Assembly (NCBI GenBank): GCA_023666145.1
Contig: JAMPCO010000001.1
Location: 16,579-80,578 of the forward strand
Source: Prevotella sp.
GTDB taxonomy: Bacteria; Bacillota; Clostridia; Christensenellales; UBA1242
Direction: 5' to 3'
Length of the DNA: 64,000 nucleotides
A model generated the notes under the pieces. That model was given only the letters and a program-made list of their open reading frames with translations, had not been told where the DNA came from and searched no databases. The position numbers and the translations under genes are program-made. Positions 20,407-30,100 of this stretch are shown piece by piece. Every line of letters starts with the position of its first letter. Position 1 is the stretch's first letter.

Positions 20407-21633
20407 TTATTTTACCTCCATTTTGAATGTATTCAATTTACCGACTTTAATTTTGACAGTTTTTGTCAAATTATAGCCGATTGTCAATTTTTCTTTTGTA
20501 TCAATATCGGTAACTGCTCCCGCCAAGATTAAACGTTTAATTTCGCCGTTAGATGCAAATTTCCCAGTAGCAGAAATTGCATTCAGCAGCGGAGTGCCCT
20601 GGGCGACGGTTATAGTGATAAAATCAGCATCTGTCAATTCGCGTTTTGAAAATTTACGTTCAAAGTTTTCACGTTCGGCACGCCCAATCGCTAAATTATT
20701 GCCATCAATCGAAACAAAATAGGTCGCTAATTGTTTTTTTGCTTCCAATGGGTCGGATTCGATAAATTTAACTAAATCAGGAATTTCTTCCGCGTAAAGG
20801 TAGCCAAACGCTTGATAATATTTCAAAAGCAAGTGATCGGGCAATGACATAAATTTTCCAAACTTGTCAGTGGCAGAAGATGTCACAGCAATATAATTGT
20901 TGTAACTTTTACTCATTTTACGACCATCACCACTCAATCCTTCCAAAATTGGTGTTCCAAAAGCCAATTCTGGTTTTTGATGATAAATTTCCTGAACCAT
21001 GCGACATTGCGAAAAATTCAAAAGTTGGTCAAGACCGCCTAATTCGACATTGGTTTGTAAATTAACCGAATCTAAACCCATTAACACCGCGTAATTTACT
21101 TCGGCCAAAGATACGTTTTCAATTCTGCTGCGGAAATCCTCACGCTGGGTCGCAACAGACAATTTGACCCGTTGTAAGACTGCCAAAAATTCGGCTAATG
21201 AAATTTTTGATAACCATTCACTGTTTTTGCGCACAGTTAATTTTTTAGTATCAATGTACGGTGCAATTTGTTGGGTATATGTTTTGAAATTGGCGGTAAT
21301 TTGTTCGTCAGTAATTAAGGCACGTTCAGTATTACGTCCACTGGGGTCACCTATTTTAGCGGTAAAATCACCAATCACGAAATCAACATGGTGTCCACAT
21401 TTTAAGAAAATGTTTAATACAAAAATGGGACACAAATGACCAATATGTATATCCGCACCGGTCGGGTCGATACCTAATTTAACATTCAATTTGCCATTTA
21501 ACGCGGTTGGTTCAATCGATGCGGGCAGGGTAGTTTGCGTTTTCACGTGCAACAAAGATAACATCTTAGTTGGTGATAATTTGCTCCAATCTTCGTTAAA
21601 ACGTTCAAATAATAATTCGTCGTATTTTCTCAC
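20407..21633 (-). CDS. tyrS: Tyrosine--tRNA ligase
   Basis: HIGH (ADIHIGHL), GDPSGR and KMSKS motifs, with a C-terminal S4-like domain. GTG start after AAGGAGA. Confidence 0.85.
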   Translation of the reverse strand: MRKYDELLFERFNEDWSKLSPTKMLSLLHVKTQTTLPASIEPTALNGKLNVKLGIDPTGADIHIGHLCPIFVLNIFLKCGHHVDFVIGDFTAKIGDPSGRNTERALITDEQITANFKTYTQQIAPYIDTKKLTVRKNSEWLSKISLAEFLAVLQRVKLSVATQREDFRSRIENVSLAEVNYAVLMGLDSVNLQTNVELGGLDQLLNFSQCRMVQEIYHQKPELAFGTPILEGLSGDGRKMSKSYNNYIAVTSSATDKFGKFMSLPDHLLLKYYQAFGYLYAEEIPDLVKFIESDPLEAKKQLATYFVSIDGNNLAIGRAERENFERKFSKRELTDADFITITVAQGTPLLNAISATGKFASNGEIKRLILAGAVTDIDTKEKLTIGYNLTKTVKIKVGKLNTFKMEVK

Positions 21634-21651
21634 TCCTATCTCCTTACGATT

Positions 21652-23196
21652 TTAGTAGGCTTTGGCAAAAATGATTTTCACCTTCGCTGGTTTACCACAT
21701 TTAACACAAACATCATTTTTTGTGACTGCGGAATCAAAGGGCATAACACGGGTCGAAACACCGTTGGTTTCGGTCTTGATCGTCTCTTCGCACTCTGTGC
21801 AATTGCACCACGGGGCCAGCACAAAATTACCAGCATTGACCGCTTTCTTCAATTCAGTGAAAGTTTTGACCTGCTTTATGTGTTTGTCACGAATCTGTGT
21901 TGCATTGATCAACATGGTTTGTTGGATATTTTCTAACAAATCAGCAACATACCTTTCAATGCGATTTAATTTTACCGTTTCTTTGGCCAAAGTATCGCGA
22001 CGGAAAATTTGACATTCGTTATTTTCAATATCGCGCGGACCGACTTCAATTCGGATTGGTACGCCTTTCATTTCCCATTGGTTGAATTTCCATCCAGGCA
22101 TATTGTCACTGTCATCAATAGCAACACGATAATGTAAGTTAACTAAAGTTCGTTTAATGTTTTCGGCGATGTTTAAGACGCCTGGTTTGTGTTGTGCGAC
22201 TGGCACGATAATTACTTGAATTGGTGCCACACGTGGCGGTAAAACTAATCCACGGTCATCACCGTGCGTCATAACGATCGCGCCAATCAAACGGGTAGTC
22301 GTTCCTAAACTGGTAGTATAAGCATAGCGAGCGGTTTTTTGGTCGTCTTGAAATTTGATATTAAACGATTTGCTAAAATTTTGTCCCAAATAATGGCTTG
22401 TACCGACTTGCAAACTTTTGCCGTCTTTCATCATCGCTTCCACACCATAAGTCGTATCTGCACCAGCAAATTTTTCTTTTTCACTTTTTTGACCAATCAA
22501 GGCAGGAATAGCCAAATATTCACATAAAAAATTTTCATACAAAAACAAATCATCAAGGGCATTTTTCTTAGCCGTTTTTGCATCGGCAAAGACTGCGTGC
22601 GCTTCATGCCACAAAAATTCACTGGTACGTAAAAATGGACGCGTCGTTTTTTCCCAACGAACTACGTTACACCATTGGTTTAATTTGATCGGTAGTTCCT
22701 TGTAACTTTGCAGCCATTTTGAGAGCATATTACCAATAATAGTTTCCGAAGTGGGGCGGATATACAATTTTTCGGCCAAAGTTTCTTCACCAACCTTGGT
22801 AACTGTCGCCAATTCTGGCGCAAACCCAGCCACGTGCGCCTTTTCTTTTTCAATAAAAGACGACGGTATCAACATCGGAAAATAAGCATTCTGGTAATCG
22901 CGCGCTTTTAATTTTTGATCTAGCGCATTTTTAATATTTTCCCACAACGCAAAACCATACGGACGGATGACCATTGTACCTTTCACCGGTCCGTAATCAC
23001 ATAATTCAGTTTTTAGCACAATATCGGTATACCATTTGGGAAAATTTTGCAGCAGGGCAGTTATATCTGTAACAAATTTTTTTTCTGATGCTTTATTATC
23101 TTTCACGGATTTTTTTGCCGTATTTTTGTTCGCTGCAGCCGTCATTTTATCATTTTTTTTACTGTTTTTCTTGTCCACAATAATGGTCGTTTTCAT
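21652..23196 (-). CDS. proS: Proline--tRNA ligase, archaeal/eukaryotic-type, with a Lys-rich N-terminal extension
   Basis: Class II core, a C-terminal Zn-ribbon domain (CNCTEC...CVKCG) and a terminal Y. The first ~37 aa are K/N/S/A-rich. Confidence 0.85.
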   Translation of the reverse strand: MKTTIIVDKKNSKKNDKMTAAANKNTAKKSVKDNKASEKKFVTDITALLQNFPKWYTDIVLKTELCDYGPVKGTMVIRPYGFALWENIKNALDQKLKARDYQNAYFPMLIPSSFIEKEKAHVAGFAPELATVTKVGEETLAEKLYIRPTSETIIGNMLSKWLQSYKELPIKLNQWCNVVRWEKTTRPFLRTSEFLWHEAHAVFADAKTAKKNALDDLFLYENFLCEYLAIPALIGQKSEKEKFAGADTTYGVEAMMKDGKSLQVGTSHYLGQNFSKSFNIKFQDDQKTARYAYTTSLGTTTRLIGAIVMTHGDDRGLVLPPRVAPIQVIIVPVAQHKPGVLNIAENIKRTLVNLHYRVAIDDSDNMPGWKFNQWEMKGVPIRIEVGPRDIENNECQIFRRDTLAKETVKLNRIERYVADLLENIQQTMLINATQIRDKHIKQVKTFTELKKAVNAGNFVLAPWCNCTECEETIKTETNGVSTRVMPFDSAVTKNDVCVKCGKPAKVKIIFAKAY

Positions 23197-23204
23197 ATTA
23201 AACC

Positions 23205-23233
23205 ATTATACAATAACTTAAATTTTCTTACAA
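23205..23233 (-). promoter_or_regulatory. Promoter candidate for proS-tyrS-aminopeptidase, with a near-leaderless layout
   Basis: On the minus strand: TTGTAA (23233-28), 17 nt, TGTATAAT (-10 at 23210-05), then 8 nt and the ATG at 23196. Confidence 0.55.
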
Positions 23234-23301
23234 GTTCTAAATTTGTGAATCGATTGAACAAAATTTCAAGATTGTTTCACTGTAAAAATTTTGATACTTT
23301 G

Positions 23302-23331
23302 GGTTTCTGTGTTCGTTAGAAATCTTTTTTT
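23302..23331 (+). terminator. Intrinsic-terminator-like hairpin oriented on the + strand
   Basis: GGTTTCT, 9-nt loop, AGAAATC (one G-U pair), followed by TTTTTTT. Confidence 0.4.
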
Positions 23332-23340
23332 GCAATACTA

Positions 23341-23373
23341 CGCAAAAGTTTTCTTTTGCGAAGTTATTTTATT
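23341..23373 (+). terminator. Second hairpin with a U-rich tail on the + strand
   Basis: CGCAAAAG, TTTT loop, CTTTTGCG (perfect 8 bp), followed by AAGTTATTTTATT. Confidence 0.35.
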
Positions 23374-23439
23374 CTTAAGTAATAAAGAATTGAAGTATCC
23401 TTATTTTGCCACATAACAAATTTATAAACTAAATTTTTG

Positions 23440-24081
23440 TTAAAAACTTAAAAAACATTCTAATTTAGCACGTAAAACATCCTCTGTCATATTGTCGTCA
23501 CGTTTCACAAAAAGTAACTTATACCCTGCTTGTTTACAAATATAATCAACTTTTTCATCACGTTTTTTCCGATCTGGATTATCATGAGTACTGTCATTAT
23601 ATTCAATTAGCAAAACTATTTCGTAATCATCTTTTGTTGAGATAGCAAAATCGATATCCTTGTTTAACTCATTTGCCCACTTCCAGCGTTCACGTTTTTC
23701 TACAATTTGACGCAAAGATTTTTGGCTTTCAACAATATAATGTGAACCAGAAAGGATATGTTCAAGTTTCCGTCTGAAAATTTTTTCTGCTTCCGAATTA
23801 CTTGATTTTTTTTCATATTCCTTAGGCGCAACTTTTAACTGACAAATGCATTCATCGCTATTAACACACCAACGCCCACAAGTTTTACATTGATAAAACG
23901 CAGTATTACATAAACAATTTCCTTGTGTATAATGCCAGGTACCACAATCTGGGCAATGTTCAATCTTTTTATCTTCAACCAATTTCTTAAAACATTCTCG
24001 GCAAAAATAGTGTTCGTCACTATTTCGACTTTGAATTTCTTTCCCGCACTCATAACATTTTCCAGTACAAATTAAGGCCAT
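23440..24081 (-). CDS. Multi-zinc-ribbon protein with a C-terminal DUF2726-like (restriction-endonuclease-fold) domain
   Basis: The N-terminal ~85 aa carry CxxC pairs (CYEC, CREC, CPDC, CKTC plus extra Cys). The C-terminus has IDFAI...LLIEYNDSTHD...RKKRDEKV...GYKLL. Confidence 0.55.
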   Translation of the reverse strand: MALICTGKCYECGKEIQSRNSDEHYFCRECFKKLVEDKKIEHCPDCGTWHYTQGNCLCNTAFYQCKTCGRWCVNSDECICQLKVAPKEYEKKSSNSEAEKIFRRKLEHILSGSHYIVESQKSLRQIVEKRERWKWANELNKDIDFAISTKDDYEIVLLIEYNDSTHDNPDRKKRDEKVDYICKQAGYKLLFVKRDDNMTEDVLRAKLECFLSF

Positions 24082-24111
24082 TCCCTACTCCTATGTATTT
24101 TGATACTTTTA

Positions 24112-24140
24112 AGTATACAATAGTGTATTTAATTTATCAA
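24112..24140 (-). promoter_or_regulatory. Promoter candidate for the DUF2726-like gene
   Basis: On the minus strand: TTGATA (24140-35), 17 nt, TATACT (24117-12). SD AGGAG lies before the ATG at 24081. Confidence 0.5.
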
Positions 24141-24187
24141 AACAATAAATTATTATTATTGCAGCCTTACTTCAACCTATGCTTAAA

Positions 24188-25060
24188 CTAATTTTTCAAA
24201 TCGTACCATGTTTGAATCTGGTGGATTGCAATGCCAAAATTGCTGGGAATCATTGAACGCAATTTGCTAAGTTCGGAATTCATATATTCTTTACCTTCTT
24301 CTTGGAAAGATACGTTGTCCCCTTCTTCACTGAATGTTTCGACGCCGAGAAAAATCGTTTTGTTTTTGGCTGTGGCAAAAGCGATCTCCTCTTTGGCTGT
24401 ATCGTAAATGGTACTGGCTGTGTCACGGTAACTCATAATAAATGTACGGTCAGCATTATCAATCAGATGTGCATAAGCAGGTTGACTGACCCCATCAATA
24501 ACCAATTCATCCTCTAGCCAAAACGGAATATCGAAATCAAATGTGATAGATGGATAATCTTTTTTCAGTTTCTTCGCTAAATTGACTAATATAGTCAGTA
24601 ATTCTGTTCGTTCATCTTCGAAATTTGGGTCTTGATGTGGTTCAATGTCTAAATACACACCAGCAAATTGTGCGCTGGAATGATTAGTTTGGTAATTTTG
24701 ATAACGCTGCAAATTTTGGATCAGTCCAGATTCATCTGTTAACCATTGGTATTCCCCCGCTAACCAATAAACTTTACAACCGTGACGCTCTGCCGTTTGA
24801 ATAAAATTTGCCGTTGTAGTGCTGAACGTGCTATCGCAATAATAAATTTCGTTGATGCCTTGCGACTGAGCAAAATTTAGATATTGTTCTGCAGGTAAAT
24901 CACGATTCCACCACCATACTCCTTTGGGTACGGTTGGTATTTTCGTTTTCCGTGTAAAAATACCAACGAATAAAACCAGAACTAGCAAAATTAGCGATAA
25001 AATCGCTGCAATTTTGAGCCAAGTTTTTTGTTGTGATTTCTGACTCTGCTTCAATGGCAA
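24188..25060 (-). CDS. Membrane-anchored hypothetical protein, possibly a glycoside-hydrolase-like TIM barrel
   Basis: N-terminal TM LKIAAILSLILLVLVLFVGIF followed by a soluble domain (GINEIYY, VYLDIEPH). TTG start. The functional call is weak. Confidence 0.4.
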   Translation of the reverse strand: MPLKQSQKSQQKTWLKIAAILSLILLVLVLFVGIFTRKTKIPTVPKGVWWWNRDLPAEQYLNFAQSQGINEIYYCDSTFSTTTANFIQTAERHGCKVYWLAGEYQWLTDESGLIQNLQRYQNYQTNHSSAQFAGVYLDIEPHQDPNFEDERTELLTILVNLAKKLKKDYPSITFDFDIPFWLEDELVIDGVSQPAYAHLIDNADRTFIMSYRDTASTIYDTAKEEIAFATAKNKTIFLGVETFSEEGDNVSFQEEGKEYMNSELSKLRSMIPSNFGIAIHQIQTWYDLKN

Positions 25061-25124
25061 TATTTTAACCTGATCTGCTGTAATTTACAAGGTATAAAAT
25101 ATAATCACTGGGAAAAAATATAAT

Positions 25125-25631
25125 ATGATGGATCATATTATGAACAGTTCCCAACCGCAAAACCAAAAATTAAAACCTTGGGTAATCGCTTTAATTATCA
25201 TTGGCGCGACATTGCTGATTGGTGTTATTGGCTCTTTATTGGGCGGCAAAATGAATGATGATTACATTCAACCACCGCTGTCCCCTGCTGACTGGGTTTT
25301 TCCAGTAGTCTGGACAATCTTATACACTGCTATTGGTTTTGCGGCATTTTTGACTTATCAAGCCAATCAAGTCGCTTCACGACGTCGTAATGATTTAATT
25401 TGGTATGGTATTCATTTGTTTTTCAATTTATTGTGGCCATTATTCTTTTTCCGCTTAAATTTGTTAGCATTTTCAATCATTTGGTTAGGGTTAAATATTG
25501 TATCGGCTATTATTGTTGCGTGTCGTTTTTATAAATCACAGATGGCTGCTGGCATCATTATTATTGCTTACATTATGTGGTTGTTCTACGCGTATTATTT
25601 GAATTGCGGCGTAACAGTACTAAATGTTTAA
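25125..25631 (+). CDS. tspO: TspO/MBR family tryptophan-rich sensory protein
   Basis: Five TM segments and PPLSPADWVFPVVWTILYTAIGFAAF. Which of the three early ATGs is the start is uncertain. Confidence 0.75.
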   Translation: MMDHIMNSSQPQNQKLKPWVIALIIIGATLLIGVIGSLLGGKMNDDYIQPPLSPADWVFPVVWTILYTAIGFAAFLTYQANQVASRRRNDLIWYGIHLFFNLLWPLFFFRLNLLAFSIIWLGLNIVSAIIVACRFYKSQMAAGIIIIAYIMWLFYAYYLNCGVTVLNV

Positions 25632-27062
25632 GTTACCGATGTAATTGGCTTTCAAAGTCGCATCGTACATTTGCTCATTAGCAAATGCAATGGTGTAATA
25701 CGGGTGGTTTTCTTTGACGTCTAAATGTGGACAATAATAAATTTTGTATTTTCCCGTTGCCAGTTCATGTTCAAATTCAATACTATAATTACCCTGTCCC
25801 GTAAAGTCAGTGACCGAATAATAAAATGTTTGGTTGTCTTGATTTTGCAAAATTATTGTTCCATGCGCCGTCTTAGTTAAATTGCCGAAACCAACATTGG
25901 TGACACACATCGTAATTTGGATTTTTTGGTGATTTACTTTGATTTTCCGATTTGTAACTAAGAAACGATAGCCCATGCGATTTTCAAGATACCTTTGCAC
26001 CGTCATTAAAGAACGTGGTTGTGTTAATTGATAATGGTTCGCCTCATTTTTTAAGACTTTGGTGGCGAAAGTAGTCGCCCAGATTTGTTGCGTTGTAATA
26101 TTATTCCATTCATAATTCAGATAGGATAAATGAATTTGCCGCATTTCATCTAAACAGTTTTCTAGTTTAATCATTTTCTCATCGACGTGTACCGCTTCTC
26201 CACCGTAAGGCAGATGTGTCGTTTGTTGACTGAGCCATGCAATTTCTTGTTCCCGTTTCGTATATGTTCCCAAATCACTACTGCTGCCGAGATAACCGTC
26301 GTTAAAAATACCAAGTCGGTACGCTGGCGATTTTTGGTCAATGTGATAATGATCTAAATCAGATAACTTAATCCCTAAATAATCATAAATCATTTTTGGT
26401 GTCCGTACCAAGATGGGAATCTCTTGAGTACAAGTGAGAAATTTATCAATCAATTTACTGATTGTTGCTGGGTTTGCTAATTGACTGCTATGCATTTCTC
26501 CCCATTTGCCGACTAAACCGACTTCAATGGCCGTAATCGTGTGGGGATAACGGTTCAAGATAGGACTAATCTGTTCAATGTGTTTTAGTATCATTGCTTC
26601 GCTTGGTTCTTGGTCGGCAAGACCATTAAAATTATCATAAGCGAAACGAACTACCGCACATTTTTCATTGTCATAAAGTTTCTGAATGTTTGCTTCTAAT
26701 TTTTCCAATGCGGCTTCCGTCAATTCTAAATCGGCGTTGTGGTTATATGCTTTGGAAAAATTCCGTAAATTGATGCGTAAATGGTGTAAATTGTAATCTT
26801 TGTATAGGTGGATTTCGGTTCCACCGTCCTCGGTTAAACTGAACGGCGCAGTACGATAAAAACCAATTCCTGGGTTGGATATTTTATCGGTAGTTTCCGT
26901 CGCCAATTGGTGTTTTTGGTTTAACCCAACCACCAGACCAATTAGAGCAACCAATAAAATCAAAACAGCGCCAGCAATCGCAAGCAATTTTTTTGGGTCG
27001 ATTTTGGGCGCAGTTTTCAGTTTTGTTTTGGGGCGAGTTTTACGGCTCGTTTTTGATTGCAT
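25620..27062 (-). CDS. Membrane-anchored DUF4874/DUF4832-like (glycosidase-like) protein
   Basis: N-terminal TM followed by NPGIGFYR and GKWGEMH motifs, typical of that family pair as I recall it. Confidence 0.5.
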   Translation of the reverse strand: MQSKTSRKTRPKTKLKTAPKIDPKKLLAIAGAVLILLVALIGLVVGLNQKHQLATETTDKISNPGIGFYRTAPFSLTEDGGTEIHLYKDYNLHHLRINLRNFSKAYNHNADLELTEAALEKLEANIQKLYDNEKCAVVRFAYDNFNGLADQEPSEAMILKHIEQISPILNRYPHTITAIEVGLVGKWGEMHSSQLANPATISKLIDKFLTCTQEIPILVRTPKMIYDYLGIKLSDLDHYHIDQKSPAYRLGIFNDGYLGSSSDLGTYTKREQEIAWLSQQTTHLPYGGEAVHVDEKMIKLENCLDEMRQIHLSYLNYEWNNITTQQIWATTFATKVLKNEANHYQLTQPRSLMTVQRYLENRMGYRFLVTNRKIKVNHQKIQITMCVTNVGFGNLTKTAHGTIILQNQDNQTFYYSVTDFTGQGNYSIEFEHELATGKYKIYYCPHLDVKENHPYYTIAFANEQMYDATLKANYIGNLNI

Positions 27063-27126
27063 GATACAATCAATTTAACACTGAATAGCATTTCAATCAA
27101 GTAACTTACACTAACGAATTATTACA

Positions 27127-30100
27127 TCAATTATCTTTGTGGTGTGCATTATAAAATTGAATCACAGATTGGCGGTATTGAGATTTATAATCAATTTGGT
27201 TTTGATGACAAAAATTAATAAAATCAGATTCACGACCAGTAATGTATTCCAACGCCACCAAAAGTCGATTTTCAGGTGTGATAACTGGGGTTTGATTGGT
27301 TTTGTGTACCACTGTCTTCTTACCAGTGAAAGCAATGATTAACATTGCGGCGGAACTGCCAAACAATATTACGGCAATCAAACCACCACCGCCCCAAATG
27401 ATGATATCAGTCCAATTGATTGCTTCGCTATTTTCGGTAGGATTTTGTTTATCGAAAACCACTTTAATATCGGTGGAAGCAGTAATGGCGTTAATGGGGT
27501 ATGACGTTCGATTAAATTTCAAATCGATACCGTCACGATACACTGTTTTAACTTCATAGCCATCATCAGGGGTAAATTCTAAAACAACACTATCACCGTA
27601 TTTAACGGTAGTTTGCTTTGGCGATACTTTACCATTACCTTCCACTTGAATGGTGATTAAAAATGTTTTACGATTTGCATACGCGGTTAAAGTCAGATTT
27701 GATGCTGGCATTGTGAACGATTGTTGGCTAGAATTAGTGTTAAAATTTTGTAAGAATTCAGCATCGTCACATTCGTCAACCGACCACAAATAATTTTCAA
27801 AGCCAATTTTCATGGTTGGAACTAATTCGACGGATGAACCAAACAAATAATTTCCTGTACCGCTGATACTTGCAAAGGCTTGTGTCGATTCATTGAATGT
27901 TACTGTATCAACGGTTAAAGTGTAAATATTACGCGTATAAAAAATGTTCATGACTAAATCAGTTTCGATAATTCTTTGACTAATTTCTTGCGCTGTGAAA
28001 CCAGGATAATTTTTGGCACTGATTTCCGTAAAAAGACCTGCGTAACCCGACAAAGTTTCGCTTTCATGTAATTCATATTTATAGTTATGGTCTATGTCAC
28101 TCAAATCGTAAATTGGTTCCCAATAATGGTTAACGGTGTACGTAATTACTTCTAGCATCACAAATTCAAACGCAATGCTGTGCGGTTCAGTCACATTCGA
28201 CAAGATATATTGCGTTTCGGACTCCATACGCGTCAAAGCGACATCATCAATCTTAATTGCGCTCAGGCGATAACCATACTCTGGCTCGATGTGAAAGACG
28301 ACATTGTCAGAATGTGCAACGGTAATTTCACCAACAGGTGTAATTGTTCCATGTTCGCCTGCCGTCGCGATTATGAGATATTGATTGATGGCAAATTCAA
28401 CCTTAATTTTGGTGTCATGACTAATCAGTTTGTTCGTAAAAGTAAATTCCTTGCTAATGTCATTTTCCGTGTAAAGTCGGATACCGTTGATATAAATGTT
28501 TTCGACACGGTAGCCGTAATCTGGTGTAAAAGTGATGGTCACACTGTCGGTATTGGGGAAAATATTGTAACCAAGCAGCGATGTGGTGCCATGTTCACTG
28601 GCAATGACATCAACAGATAGGTAATCTGGGTAAGCATGAGCCAAAGTCGGCATACCGTAACCATACATTTGGTCTTTACCTTCTGTCGCCAGCACGCTGT
28701 CCCAATTCGCGCTGGCATCAAGGTCAATAATACTTTCTAAACCGTCATACGTTCCCATCAAGATTTGGTCAATATCCGTCATGCTATAATTATGTGTCGG
28801 GTCTGACTTGAGCAAAGCAATGTATGCCACCACATGTGGGGTCGCCATTGAGGTTCCACTCATGGTCGCGGTGCCGCCACCAATATACGCGCTTTCAATA
28901 GATGTTCCAGGGGCACAGACATCGACCAAATCGCCAAAATTAGAATAAGAAGTATCAAAACACAACGGATTATTTTTCAGTGCACTGACCGTAACACAAC
29001 GTTCGCAATTACCGGGTGAATGATTGCTAACATTTTCACTTTCATTACCTGCCGCCGCCACCGAATAGATCCCCGCCTGATAAGCCGATTCAATCAATCT
29101 CTTCAGGGCTGCTTCACTGGAATTTGGGTCGTCAGTAGATTCAGAACCAAAACTCATATTGATGGCGACAAGATTGTATTGTTCTCGTATCTGCATGCAA
29201 TACGTGACCGCCAAAAGCGCATGTACCGTTGAACCGGTTGCCCTGCCGTCTTCCGTCGCCTGCATGAATTTTAACGGCAAAATTTTAACGTTGGACAAGG
29301 TCATATCGCGGATAATTCCCGCACAATGCGTCCCATGACCTTGGTCATCTTCAAAATCATATTCGGTTTCGCTAACTTTGTCCGTGTAATTTTTACCGAT
29401 ATATTTGCCATTTTCGTCAACCAACAAACGATTCTTAAACCAAGGATGGTCGGTATCAATACCGGTATCCAGCACCGCCACCACCACTTCGGGCAAAGCC
29501 GTAAAATCGTTATTAACCGCTTTGACGGTATTGGTTAAATATTGAGAATAACCAGACACGCCCATTTCTTTGGCACCCCAAGAATAATACGAAAAGGAGT
29601 CATCCCACCCCAGTGTCACCATGTCATTGATACTTTCCACAGTATCTTCCACCCAGCACATACTGTCAGCACAAACATTGGTCACATCTGAACGCGTTAA
29701 GTAATAATTGTAGGCTTCACTGGTGGCGACTTCGGTCGCATATTGATGAATATGCAACTCACCGTAACTAAGCGCCCCCACTGCACCATAGGGGTCAAGG
29801 TCGCTTGTTGTAGAATAAATCATTAAACGTTTGGCGGCAAAAGAACGGCTTAAAATCATATTTTGTGCACCAGACGTAACATGGTAGCCAGTTTGTGCAG
29901 CAAGTTCATTTAGGTCATAAACGGGTACGTCGTTGGCACGGGATTTTAACCTTTGTTTTTTTGTCGTGGGTAACTCATTGGGGACAATCCCCGTTAAGTC
30001 GGTAAAAGTTTGTTCGGTTACAACATAATTACCGTTGTCATCGGTGGCTAAATCTTGCGTTTTATCAAAAAAGACCACGGCATTTTTATCAATACTATGT

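Noticed and set aside
23197-23439. T-box or other leader riboswitch for proS, and likewise for tyrS and alaS
   Set aside because: There is no T-box consensus (..GGTGGTACCGCG..). The -10 elements lie 8 nt from the start codons of proS and alaS, and tyrS is 18 nt from the proS stop. There is therefore no leader long enough.
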